Below, one piece after another: positions 1-11,928 of a DNA stretch of 64,000 bases; position 1 is the stretch's first letter, and each line of letters starts with the position of its first letter. The translations under genes and the position numbers were made by a program. The notes below the pieces were generated by a model that had not been told where the DNA came from, searched no databases, and saw nothing but the letters and a program-made list of their open reading frames with translations. Origin of the DNA: Heptranchias perlo (taxonomy: Eukaryota); NCBI RefSeq assembly GCF_035084215.1, contig NC_090330.1, positions 93,930,001 through 93,994,000 on the forward strand. Direction: 5' to 3'.

Positions 1-364
1 CCTTGAGGGGTCTGGGGGGGAGCACTCCTGCTCCTTCTGATCCACAAGGAGTGATAAAGAGCCACTTACCTTGGGGAGCTGGCAGCTCACGCCTCAGATC
101 AGCTGCCAGGAATCTCACAGGTTGGGCCTCTCCCTCAATTACTGTTAAATTTAAGTTCTGGTGCCAACTTTGGTATACTAATTAGGTTGCCGCCTGTCTT
201 TTGCAGGAGACTTGCTCGAGGCCTAATTTCTGCACTTTAAAATTTAATGGGGCGGGAATGAGGTCGGGTTGAGGTCTGGTTGCCCGATCCTGATATTTTA
301 ACCCCCGACCCCAACCCTGACCCTCTCCCGCCCGTCGGGGATTAGGGGGTTTAAAATCGAGGCC
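1..364. mobile_element. Right part of a non-autonomous Harbinger-like element
   Basis: Ends TTAAAATCGAGGCC (compare the Harbinger end CTAAAATCGAGCCC); homologous to 34490-34875. Confidence 0.6.
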
Positions 365-1734
365 CATGCGTACACATCAGATGTGTCTAACTGCATTCAC
401 TTTCAGCACCTTTTCTGACTGGAGATAAGCAACCATTGGGAAATCTCATATAAAAAATGAAATATGAAGCAGTCCAGATACAAAATAAACCAAAGTGCCC
501 TGAATTCAACATTTTCAGAATTAAATAAATTGGTTGAATTTGAATAACTTCAGATTTTATAATCAATTTAGAGCTTGTCAATGCTTATCAGCCTACTGTG
601 CGCTCCAGAATTCCCTGCAAAGGACTTTCATTGTGGAGCATTGTGAGAATCTTTCATTATGCCAAACACCGCCACACCAAGTCACCTGTATCACAGTGCT
701 TCCTAATTCATGGTCATTTACATTCATTGAAAAAACCCTGAAAAATACAGCATCCTGGTTCCACATGTGTTTGTATAATACATTTTATAATGCCCAGTTT
801 TCATATTGAAGTAAATTATATATTGAAGCTATGCATGATTCTGAATGTATAACAAAAGAAAGCAAGGTATTGAATTTTCAGTTCCTGACCACATACTAAT
901 TTACGCCTATGATATAAAATGCTATATACAAGTAATACATATATCACTTAAAGAGACTGAATTTGAATAATATTAAAAACGTTTGCACACAATCTGCTCT
1001 GAAGGTGTAAAAATGTTCATGTAGCAACTTACAAGGAATATGTAATGGAACTTGAGGTCCAATTCCATGCTCCGAGTGGGGAGCTGAGCTTGCAGGGAGC
1101 ACACCATGAGAAATTGTTGCTCGCCCACAATGTGCTCCCTGCTGGCGCAGCTCCCCATTGGGAATGCAAGATCGACCATTTGTTTTACTGAACAAAATAA
1201 ACTATTTTGATATTGGACCTATAATATGAGGTCAAAGTATCTACCGGTCTCACGTTGGTATCTGTGGAGTGCGGTGTGCAGTTGGTAGACCGTATTTTAC
1301 TGTTCCCATGCCTGGGCCTATTGGATCGTATGGGTGCAGCACATAATGGGAAGGTCGGGTCGGACAGATCACACACCTGTGAAGGAGCTGACCAACTTTT
1401 CTATCCATTTAAAGAGTAGGAAATTGGGCAGGCTGCCTTATGGGCATATGCTTCTCCCTGCCTGATATTCCTCAATGTGCTGAACCCAGGTAATTCAATT
1501 TGCCCAAGCACAGAAGCAGAAAGATCTACCTCGTATTGTTCATTGTACACCCCCAGGTTGCAAGAAGGCCAGCAGCAAAGTAGCTCCATGCGTGCAGGTG
1601 GCAGCATTGTTTTCTTATAATATTAAAAAGTCTGTGGGCAACTTTAAAATGCAGCTTTGCATCAGGATGGAATTATAGTAAAATTGGAGTGAGATGTCCT
1701 CCTGCCGAGATTTGTTTTAATATATTTGCTTTTG

Positions 1735-2047
1735 GAACTTAGACAACGCTGGTAAGATTGCATTTATTTCCTATCTCTATTTTCCCTGACAACTGAGTGG
1801 CTTCTGTTCTACTCTAGAGGACATTAAAAGTCAACTACAATGTGGAGCAGAGTCACATGTTGGCTAGACCAGGTTCCCTTCTTGGAAGGGCATCAGTAAA
1901 CTAGTTGATTTTTGCCATTTTTCATGATCGTTTTTTCTGTTGCCAGCCCACAAATTACTAGACTTATTAAATTCAGCTTCATACCTTGCCATGCTGGATT
2001 TGAGTTTACAACCTCTGGTTAGCGAGACAGTACAATAACCATATCAC
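1735..2047 (-). mobile_element. Diverged copy of the 48963-49392 SINE family in the presumed SLITRK6 intron
   Basis: Reverse complement begins gtgatatggttattgtactgtc..ccagaggttgtaaactcaaatccagcatggca and ends in the same tail. Confidence 0.55.
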
Positions 2048-3604
2048 TTGATTTAGGTATGCTTGGTAGCCTCCACTTATAGTGCTACAGTCGTGCATCT
2101 AAACCTGGTTGGCAGTAATGCAAACATGACAGCATAACCGGAGCCTTTGAGTTATGAATGACATACTTAACTTTTTTTTTATATAACTGAATTCTGTCAT
2201 GTATATAAGATAATTCAACATGTTAAATTGGAAAGAGGAATTTTGAATATAAAGTCAATACACTTTTAAAATATTCCATCTAATTTCAGAACAGGTTATG
2301 CCTCACTACATCTTGCAAGATGTGATATTAAGACAATTTAAATGGTTCTTACTATACAGTTGTAGTTTTAATCTCTGGAGTAGTTCAAGACAATTGTGAG
2401 GAAAATGGGAGACAGACTCTGTAGAGAAGGTCAGAGAAGTTGGAAAATGAGGGTGGCAAGTATATTGTAAAGTACCAATGTATTCATGCAATGTTGCTGT
2501 TTATCTGCTGTGTTTAAGTTTATTAAATGATAGAAGGAAATTGCTTGTGTCTATTCCGATTACCAGTATGAACAGTTATGCCTGATGGCTTGCAAACATC
2601 TAAAAGATAAACCACAGCAAATAAATTACTGCTTTTATATCCACATATGTGGTGTAAAATGTGATTAAAAAGGCGACACCACAATAAACAGCTTGAAGAT
2701 AAGCAGAAGAGAGTACATTTTCATCTTTAGTGCTTCTCAGTGCAGAGCTTTGCACTCTCATGGAATTCACCATGGGAAATTGCGAATGCACAGCAAGCGA
2801 TTTTCTATCCATTAAGCAGAATCAGCCCTATAAGACATTCAAACTACTTGCCCCCTGGCATCATTTTCAGTCTATCAGAAGTTAATGGTTGGAAAGTCCT
2901 GGGATCACACTCGAATGCCCAACATATGCTTCCAGTGCTCCAGTGCACAAAGCTCTATGCTGGGTATGTCAAAGATGAAAATTTGCCCTTAGATATTTTA
3001 ATTCAAATGAAGGGTGTTGGTGCTTACAAGTTCACCATAGTACCTGTTCTGATGTTAAAGGTGCATTTAGACTGCTGCTTGGAGTCAGAGACTGGCAGAA
3101 ACTTCAATTCTGTTGCCAAGGAGAGATTCCTGTGCCAGCGTGCTTGCATGCATGTAGCCCCTCTCCAGGCAGTGACATTTTAAATGTTTAGACAGTGTGT
3201 TGGCAGCAGCCACGTTGTCTAAACATTTAAGTTAACTGCAGGTCAATTTAAAAAGTCCAGAAAATCCAAGGGACCCTTGAGCACATTTTACACCCAGCTT
3301 GACAATGCACTGGATTTGCACACCATATGGTGATAAACATGAGCGGTGTGAGTCTACAACTTCACAGTGTTTCCCTGTGGAGTCAGGTGAGCCCCGTCTC
3401 TAGGCCTACACTACAAGTGAGCGTCAGTGCGAAGTAGAAACTGGTTAGCATAACCACATAATTTGCAATGCAAATATGTCCTACAACATAATCCTGTTTA
3501 TCATAAATTATGTCTCTATTTAAGATTATGTTTTCAGATTTAAATTAGAGACTTTTTTTGTGTTCCTCTAAATATACAGTGTTCATAAAATAACATAAAT
3601 TGTG

Positions 3605-3624
3605 TGGATTTTTGTTTTTAACAG
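3605..3624 (+). promoter_or_regulatory. 3' splice acceptor ahead of the SLITRK6 coding exon
   Basis: Pyrimidine tract tttttgtttttaacAG ends at 3624, 24 nt before the first ATG. SLITRK genes typically have an upstream non-coding exon; it was not located here. Confidence 0.8.
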
Positions 3625-3648
3625 ATATTTGACCACAGTGAACTTTGA

Positions 3649-6225
3649 ATGGACTTTATTTCTGAGAAAATGTTGACCTGGATCCTTCTTCTAAGTGCGG
3701 CTTTAGTTCTAATCAATTCTCAGAAGGCAGATCCTTCAAATGCTTCAGATGAGGAAGTGTGTGAGAGTCTTTGCTCCTGTGAGGAAAGAGATGGTTTGCT
3801 GCACATAAACTGTCAAAACAAGGACATTACCGAAATATCCCAAATAAAACCGCCGCAGACACGTACCTACAATCTTAACCTACAAGAAAACTTTGTGAGC
3901 ATGTTATATCACAATGACTTCATCAACTTCAGCAGTGCTTTGTCACTGCATCTCGGCAAGAATAATTTGCAAGACTTGGAAGCTGAGATTTTCGCTGGCC
4001 TTAGTTCCCTGAAACGCTTACATATCAATGGCAACTATTTGGAAGTGCTGCGAGAGGGCACATTTCGAGGACTGGACAATTTGGAATTCCTTCAGGCAGA
4101 CAATAATTTAATCCACATTATTGAGCCTGGCGCATTCAGTAAGCTCCACCGGCTAAAAGTGCTCATCCTGAACGACAATGCGATCCCCTTCCTCCCCACT
4201 AACATCTTCCGTTTTGTGCCCTTGACGCACCTGGACCTTCGAGGAAATTACTTAGATTCACTTCCTTATGTTGGTCTGTTGGAGCATATTGGCAGAATAA
4301 TGGAGCTTCAACTGGAGGACAACCGGTGGAAGTGCGATTGTGATTTATTGCCACTCAGAACTTGGCTGGAAAACATGCCTCCCCAGTCTAATATCGGTGA
4401 TGTTGTTTGCGTGAACCCACCTAGACTGAAAGGTAAAGTTTTAACCAAAACACCAGTTACAGAGATTTGCCCTACTGGATCTGGAACTGACTTCGAAGAG
4501 CCCATAAAGTCAATTCATTTGGTGGTAACTCCAGCTGCTGATAATACTTATATCAACATTCATAGTGCTAATAAATCAGTTATTAAAGAACCTAAAAAGG
4601 ATCCATATATTCCACAACCCGATGGACAGGATGATGGTAAAATTCCTATAAGAAGGCCTGTGAGCCATCCAAAATCAGCCTGCACAACAACTTGTCATTG
4701 TAGCACACAACCAAATGTTGGGCAAATAATGAAATGTCAAGAAAGAAACATTAAAAGTTTATCAGACCTTGTACCCAGTCCACCAAATCCATTAAAGCTT
4801 TATTTAACTGATAACATTATTCAGTCGGTGACAAAATCCGATCTCCTAGATTATGGCAGCCTGGATTTACTCCATTTAGGGAACAATCGAATAACAGTAA
4901 TTGAGGATGGTGCTTTTGCAAACCTCACCAATCTCCACAAGCTGTATTTGAATGGGAACAGTATTATAAGATTAACAAAAGAAATGTTCATTGGGCTCCG
5001 TTGCCTTCAATACTTGTATCTGGAACACAATATAATCAAAGAGATATTACCAGGGACATTCAGTGTCCTACCACAGCTCAAAGTCTTATATTTGAACAAT
5101 AACCTCCTTCATAGTTTGCCTCCACATATATTTGCTGGCCCTCCACTCTTACGGTTAAATCTTAAAAATAACCATTTTATGCATCTCCCTGTGAGCAATG
5201 TAATAGATCAACTAGAATTTCTAGTTCAGATTGATCTAGAAGACAACCCATGGGATTGCACTTGTGACTTAGTAAGCTTGAAACAATGGATGGAAAAACT
5301 CAATAAAAATGTAACGGTGAGCGAGATTATGTGTGAGTCTCCTGAAAAGTTTGCCAAGAAAGATTTGAAAATGTTAAAAAATGAATTGATATGTCCTGGA
5401 TTAATAAATATCCTGGCTCCACCAACTCAGCCCAATGATATCAGCCTGACCACGACGGCCACTAGTACTGCCTCCAGCCTCCTGAGTTCTATCACAGACA
5501 CAGTTCCACTTTCCGTTTTGATCCTTAGCATGTTGGTGGTATTCATATTGATTGTATTCAGTGCAGCTGGGTTGGTGGTCCTTGTGCTCCATCGTCGGAG
5601 GAGATCAAAGAAAAAACAAAAATCTACACTAGTACAGGACTGCAGTCCATTGCACGTTCAGTACAGTGTATATGGACATAAGAGGACCCACCATACTGAA
5701 GAAAGACCAGATGGAAATATATATGAGCAGCATACAATTAACGCAATAGGTCCAGTGTGCAGAAGCCGTCCTTATAACATTAGAGATGCAGAGCTGGACA
5801 GTGAAAGCAAAGTCGGAAATGAGCCAAAAATGATTTACAGGAGTCACATGGAGAGAGAAAATGATTCTCTGCTCACAGGTTCCAATATCAAATTCAGTGT
5901 AATAGAGCAGACCCCAGAATTTTTGCCCCTCCGTGATCCTAGTTCAATGTACAGAAATATTCTTGAAAGGGAAAGGGAACTTCAGAAAATCGGGATCACT
6001 GAATACCTGAAGAAAAATATCCCTCAGGTACAATCAGAAATCGATGTTCGATACCCATCAAGGCATGAAGAGCTGAAACTGATGGAAGCGATCATGTATT
6101 CAAGACCTAAAAAAGTTATGGTTGAAGAGACGAAAAATGAATATTTTGAGCTGAAAGCAAAGCTACAAACTGAGCCTGACTACCTAGAGGTACTGGAACA
6201 ACAGTCAGCATTGAACCAACCATAA
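3649..6225 (+). CDS. SLITRK6: SLIT and NTRK-like protein 6, single coding exon (858 aa; the ATG at 3670 may be the true start)
   Basis: Signal peptide, Cys-capped LRR cluster 1 (CESLCSCEE...NRWKCDCDL), LRR cluster 2 (CTTTCHC...NPWDCTCDL), TM helix VPLSVLILSMLVVFILIVFSAAGLVVLVL followed by HRRRRSKKK. The tail KLMEAIMYSRPKKVMVEETKNEYFELKAKLQTEPDYLEVLEQQ matches the SLITRK6 C-terminus as I recall it. Confidence 0.95.
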   Translation: MDFISEKMLTWILLLSAALVLINSQKADPSNASDEEVCESLCSCEERDGLLHINCQNKDITEISQIKPPQTRTYNLNLQENFVSMLYHNDFINFSSALSLHLGKNNLQDLEAEIFAGLSSLKRLHINGNYLEVLREGTFRGLDNLEFLQADNNLIHIIEPGAFSKLHRLKVLILNDNAIPFLPTNIFRFVPLTHLDLRGNYLDSLPYVGLLEHIGRIMELQLEDNRWKCDCDLLPLRTWLENMPPQSNIGDVVCVNPPRLKGKVLTKTPVTEICPTGSGTDFEEPIKSIHLVVTPAADNTYINIHSANKSVIKEPKKDPYIPQPDGQDDGKIPIRRPVSHPKSACTTTCHCSTQPNVGQIMKCQERNIKSLSDLVPSPPNPLKLYLTDNIIQSVTKSDLLDYGSLDLLHLGNNRITVIEDGAFANLTNLHKLYLNGNSIIRLTKEMFIGLRCLQYLYLEHNIIKEILPGTFSVLPQLKVLYLNNNLLHSLPPHIFAGPPLLRLNLKNNHFMHLPVSNVIDQLEFLVQIDLEDNPWDCTCDLVSLKQWMEKLNKNVTVSEIMCESPEKFAKKDLKMLKNELICPGLINILAPPTQPNDISLTTTATSTASSLLSSITDTVPLSVLILSMLVVFILIVFSAAGLVVLVLHRRRRSKKKQKSTLVQDCSPLHVQYSVYGHKRTHHTEERPDGNIYEQHTINAIGPVCRSRPYNIRDAELDSESKVGNEPKMIYRSHMERENDSLLTGSNIKFSVIEQTPEFLPLRDPSSMYRNILERERELQKIGITEYLKKNIPQVQSEIDVRYPSRHEELKLMEAIMYSRPKKVMVEETKNEYFELKAKLQTEPDYLEVLEQQSALNQP

Positions 6226-7294
6226 TTTCTTGAAGGATATTTTTATCTGGTTGTTACATTGTGATAAATGAGCTCATTTGCTATACTAAGACATTAGTGC
6301 CTTTACAGATGATTCTCTTTCTCTACATACAATACAGCAGTAATCCTTATTAAACTCAGGGATCGATAGACAAACCATTGGGAACAGCCATTGAGAAAGC
6401 AGATACAGGTACAGTAACTGCCAACAGCATTTGTTTCACAGTATACAGACTGTGCGGTAGTCAAGCACAAAGCTTTATAAAGCGTCAGGACGATCATTTT
6501 GTAGTTGTAAAGACAATCCTATTAATATAACTTAAAGATGTTGTCATGTGAACCAATGGTGGTCGAAAGAGGGTACCTGAAGGTGTGATTACTGCCTGTA
6601 TGCACATTTACTGGGAAGCCTTATTTTCAAGGCCACTGGTTTGCAGTTATCATGGAAAAATGGATTGAATCGTGGAACGTGATCCCCAAAACAACAGTAA
6701 AAATATAACAAAACGGGATATGACTTATTCGGTCAACGTAAACCAGTGACCATGCTCATTTTTATATTAGTTAACATGTATACACTCACAGTCTTCTGTT
6801 ATGATTTCATTGTCTGATATGGGGGGAGGGATGTTACATGACTTTTGACAATCCAATCTTCTGATGCTGCTCGATTTTGTTTTAAATTATAGACTATAGT
6901 TTGTACTTGCAAATGTGCAAGTCTGAAATAACTACTGTAAGAAGCAGACACAGACGTGGCTGCATACTGTATTTATACTGTGTCATGTTCTCTTTGTGAC
7001 GTTTCTCTTGAGTCAGTTATATCATTAGGCATTCCCACTTCCTCTAAGCCTGGGACTACTTTCACTGCTTTTTTTTAAGAAAAATTGAAACGAAAAAAGT
7101 TGTGCTTTTTTTTTGTAAATCTTTAAATAACAATAAGTTTAAAAGCTCTGTCACTTGTGGGGGAAAAAGCACACAAAGACCAAAATGTTGAAGGGTATGA
7201 TTTGTTTCAAATACATTATAGAAGTCTGCAAGTTATTTTTTCATTTACAAAAATGTAAGATTGCTGTAAGCTATTTATTCTGTACAGTTTTGCA

Positions 7295-7363
7295 AATAAA
7301 TCAGGGGTGCCTTTCTTGTAAAAAATAATAAAATATGCGCACTGAACTTTTAGTTGAAATAAA
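7295..7363 (+). terminator. Candidate SLITRK6 polyadenylation signals
   Basis: AATAAA at 7295-7300, ~7327-7332 and 7358-7363 close an AU-rich ~1.1-kb 3' UTR; repeat-like sequence follows. Confidence 0.6.
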
Positions 7364-9399
7364 GTCAAGATTAAAGAATCTCTCCTCTTTCCATTCTGCC
7401 TCTCTTCTGGTTTGGAGCCAACGTCATTCCTGGTGTTCACGTCTGCACAGACTATGCCGGGAATTTCCTCAGAGCTGCTCACGCTCCACTGACATAACTT
7501 CGGCAGAAACCCTGATTTCGCGCACAAACGGGATTTCCGCTGCAATTCCAGAGCAGTTACAATGGCCAGAGTGGGACGTGCTCCACCACTTACACCATCC
7601 ACGTTTATCAAGGACAGCTGCCTATATTGGGCAAATGACGCTAACCATTTGTCATCACCATAGGAGTCAATTAGGAAGCTATTTCATGCAGTTCATGCAT
7701 CCGCTGATTTCAGGTAAAGTCAGATATTCAGGCAGCTTCAATCAGCTGTTTAAAGCTGCCTCATGTCACCACTTTCCGACTGCCTCCCATAGTTATTAAC
7801 AGTGTGAACAGCTGATTGAAGCTGTCAAAGGAGTAGGAGTCAGTTTTACCATCCACCGCATATAACGGGCAAATTGTATTAGCACAAACGTGTCCACTAC
7901 TTGCAGTGGGAGCTGTATTTTAAATTGTGTTACAAGAAAAGGATGTTGCAAAGAATTCAGATAAAAGCACCTCAAGACTAAATGATTTACAATCAGATAT
8001 CACTTAGCTAACAAGCCTTAAGTACGCAGTCAACATATTTGTGCTATTCTGTTCACTGTGAAGACAAAATGACCCAGCAGAATATGTTAATGCATATTCC
8101 ATGGTCTTTTGAGGTTCAAATCAAAAGACTGGAAGAAGTCACGAACCTAAACACACTGACATTGTACAGGCATTTGTTAATAAAGAAAATATAAACATGT
8201 AAATGTACAAAGTTGTCAGTTTTGCCAATGCAAATCTGTTTGGCATTAGTTGAATAGAAGGCCTGAATTTGGCAGAGTAATGGACTAATGTATTCAGACC
8301 AATTATAAATACAGGCGGAGAACAGGTGAGCGCCCAATCCCCACCCATTCTTGCTGCAAGGATGCCCGAGCCACTTAAAGGGCCGAACCTCATTTATGTA
8401 CCGCCAGTGAGCTGCAGGTGTCAAGCAACAGCCCAGAGTTCTTTTGTTGGCCTAAGTGAAACATATGGGCTCTTCAGACACCCATCATAAGACCCTACCT
8501 AAGATGGTAGCAGCTGCAGCACCAGCATAAACGGGGCAGTAAGTAACCCAATGGCATTTGTGGATCGCAACCACCCCCCTTTACACTGGGCGGAGGGAGT
8601 TATTGTCGACCCAACTGTGTGTAAAATAAGTGACCTTTCATCAGTAGACAGAACTGGGATTTGAAGGAACAGCTAAAGGCAAAATAGGTTTGCAATAGGT
8701 TGTATAAACTCTTAAAATATATATACTCTTCAGGGGAGATTTTATTCTTTGGTGCTCCTGGAACATATCAGGAGTGCATATTGAGAAATGATGCCTTCTT
8801 AATCCACGATTTTCTATACATAATGGGAATGAAAAGCTCCCCTTTAATTGCTGGTTTCCCATTATTCAGCTCAGAAATTAAGGTCATTAACCACTTTCTG
8901 AAATAAAATAGACAGGGTGTTGAATGAAATGAAAAATAATAAATTCTAGCAGGATCAAAGAGATCTCGCCCCGAAGAACTGAACAAAGAAGTTGGTACAT
9001 AAAATAACAAGTCGGCAGTGGTAAATATTTAAGTACGGGTTGGATAGAATATATCCTAAAAACATTTTGACTAGGAATGAAGAAGTTCCAGCAAAGGCCC
9101 AGTTCCATGGATGAATAAGGAGATTAGGTCAAAAAAAAAGTCCAAGAAAGAAAAGTTGCATTTCTACCACCTTTCATCTTCTCAAGATGTCTACGAACAA
9201 TTTATAATCAATAGATTACTGTTGAAGTGCAGTTATCATTGTGATATAGGCAAACACGACAGCCAATTTGTGCAAAGGAATGGCCAGATAAGAAGGTATA
9301 TGAGAAAATACATCAGGAATAACAGAAGCATAAAAAGGAACCAGAAGGTACACTTTTCTACTCTCCCCATTGAATCATTGGTCTCCTGGCTTGATGGAG

Positions 9400-9900
9400 A
9401 TAGAGCAGTAAGGGATGTGTTGGGTGATGAGGTTACAAATTACAGTGGTATACAATTATGCTATTGAAGGCCCACAGTATCTCCTGAATGCCCATTGTTG
9501 GTTGCTAGGTCTGTTAATTTAACACCATGGCAATGGCACACAACATAATAGAAAATGTACCAATGCGATCATGGACAGACATGTTTATGACTGGTAGGTT
9601 GATGAGAACGAGATCAAGTAGTTTATTCCTTTATGTTGGTTTCCTGACCCCCTGATACAGGCCCAGTTAAGTACCTATATGCTTCAGGATTTAGTCAACT
9701 TGGTCAATGGTGATGTTACTGAGCTACTCTTAGTGGTGGACATTAAAATCCCCCACCCAGAGTACATTTTATTTTCTTGCTTCCCTCAGTGCTTCCTCCA
9801 CATGGAAGAGTACTGATTCATCAATTGAAGGGTAAGTGGTGGTCAGCAGGAGGTTTCCTTGACCTTGTTTGACCTGAAGTCATGAGACACTGTAAGGTCA
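9400..9900 (-). mobile_element. Decayed LINE APE endonuclease fragment
   Basis: Reverse complement of 9710-9770 encodes NVLWVGDFNVHH (APE GDFN motif), with stops nearby. Confidence 0.6.
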
Positions 9901-9914
9901 GAATCAATAAACTC

Positions 9915-10562
9915 TGGAAGGAGAGTTGCCATTTCATGGGATACTTGCACCAGTACTGGGACAGGAAGGAGCTGTACCTTTGGAACGGGCTTCACCTGAA
10001 CTGGAGTGGAATCAGTGTCCTAGCAGAAAGGATAAATATGGCTGTCAATAGGACTTTAAACTAGTAAGACGGGGGAAGGCATCTGGTGAATATGACATAA
10101 GTCTGAAGGAAAAAGAAATAGGAAATGAGAGTAAAGGTCAGACCAAGATAAGGAATAAGGGTAACATAAATGGTCAGGGAACAATTACAGATATGGAAAG
10201 TAAGTACAAAATCATGAAGGGTTTTGATAGAGTAAATAAGGAAAAACTGTTTCCAGTGGCAGAAGGGTCAGTAACCAGAGGACACAGATTTAAAGTAATT
10301 GGCAAAAAAACCAGAGGCAACATGAGGGAAAAAAAATTTACATAGCGAGTTATTATGATCTGGAATGCACTGCCTGAAAGGGTGGTGGAAGCAGATTCAA
10401 TAATAACTTTCAAAAGGGAATTGGATAAATACTTGAAGTGGAAAAATTTGCAGGTCTATGGGGAAAGACCAGGGGAGTGGGGACTAATTGGACAGCTCTT
10501 TCAAAGAGCCGGCACAGCCATGATGGGTCTAATGGCCTCCTTCTGTGCTGTATCATTCTATA
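9915..10562 (+). mobile_element. Internally deleted CR1 LINE: ORF1 esterase end joined to the ORF2/3' UTR end
   Basis: YWDRKELYLWNGLHLN..VLAERIN (SGNH esterase DGLHL-type motif), then WNALPERVVEADSIITFKRELDKYLK and an ATTCTAT tail. Confidence 0.75.
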
Positions 10563-11928
10563 ATATTTCCATATTTCTAAACACATTGATGATTTGAATG
10601 CTCTTCTTTCCCATGTTGCACTCATGAGATTTTTTTGGACCTGCCGCTGCCAAAAATTATTTCTATGTTGTTCTTTTCTAATTATTTTGTAGTGATATGT
10701 CTTTCGTATGTTATTTATAGTGTCGTTTCTCAACTCTGTGGTCTTACTGACCGACCTTATTCGCTACTGAGCCAACAGGCCTGTTCATCAGGTTCGGCGA
10801 GATTTTCAGAAAGAATTATGGGACTTTTGCCTCTTTAAGTTTCATTGGGTGCAAAAACTACATGATTTTCAGACCCCCCAAAATCACTCCAACCAGATTA
10901 TTAGACAACACTAAGGCACCAAGAGGAACACAAAGCTACAAAAAGGAATGATTACATACAGAGATATTTACTAAGTGGCCATGAATAAGCTTCTAATTTA
11001 TTGAACAACTTTGACATTAACATAAGGGGGTTCATCAAAAAAAAGTGCATGCTGTCAAAATAGACCGATATTACCACTCTATGTGGCTGTAATATTAAGC
11101 ATGAATGCAACATTGACTGCAATACATTATAATGATTTAACGAATTGACACTCTCCGTGGAGCTTTGTGCAAGAGGTAATTGAATTTTTAAAATCTACTC
11201 TTAACGTATCATTTCATTATTTGTGATCGGGACATTAAGGTCTTTCAAGGAGTTTTCAGACAGGTTCAGTCCCTAGAAAATCAGAAACCAATTGCATTGA
11301 AAATGGAATTTTCATAGCTGCCCTAATGGCTGCTGAAAAAGCTTGTGTTGTAGCAGATGTGATACTTGGTGTAGCATGAACCATTGAATAGCATTTTTGT
11401 CAAGCTGATCGTTTTTTTATCACATGTATATACTTTGCATTATTGACCATTTGGTAAAGTCATATTCCTTTCATTTACTAGGGAAATCCTTTGACAATGA
11501 TTTCATCCACAAAGACCAGAAGAAATCCGTACAATTGATGTGGAAATGAAACAAATAGATTCTTCTTTTCTCTGGCAGGGGGATTCCAGCAAAATATATC
11601 CACCAGTCAGCATTTATTTTTGAACAAATTTTCTATTTAATTGAGACCTGTCCTTTTTCCTTTCTAAATGCCTGTCCTCAGCATGCTTTCCTGTGTCAAT
11701 TGCAAACTCTGCATTAAAGAGACGGACCCCGAATTGCCTGTAAGACGACCGTGTAGAAATAAATGACAGACAGCAGACATGTTCTGCTAAGACCCCACAT
11801 CTGACATCAACTGAACTTTCTGATTCACTCTTACCTGCCTATGTTTTGTGTCCTGTACATAAACCCTTCAACAAAAAAATTTCCCAAAAATAGAGGACAC
11901 TATTACAAAGTAACAGTGAAAACATCTT

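Noticed and set aside
2740-3183. 147-aa ORF upstream of SLITRK6
   Set aside because: GTG start, no domain, presumed intronic; likely a chance ORF.
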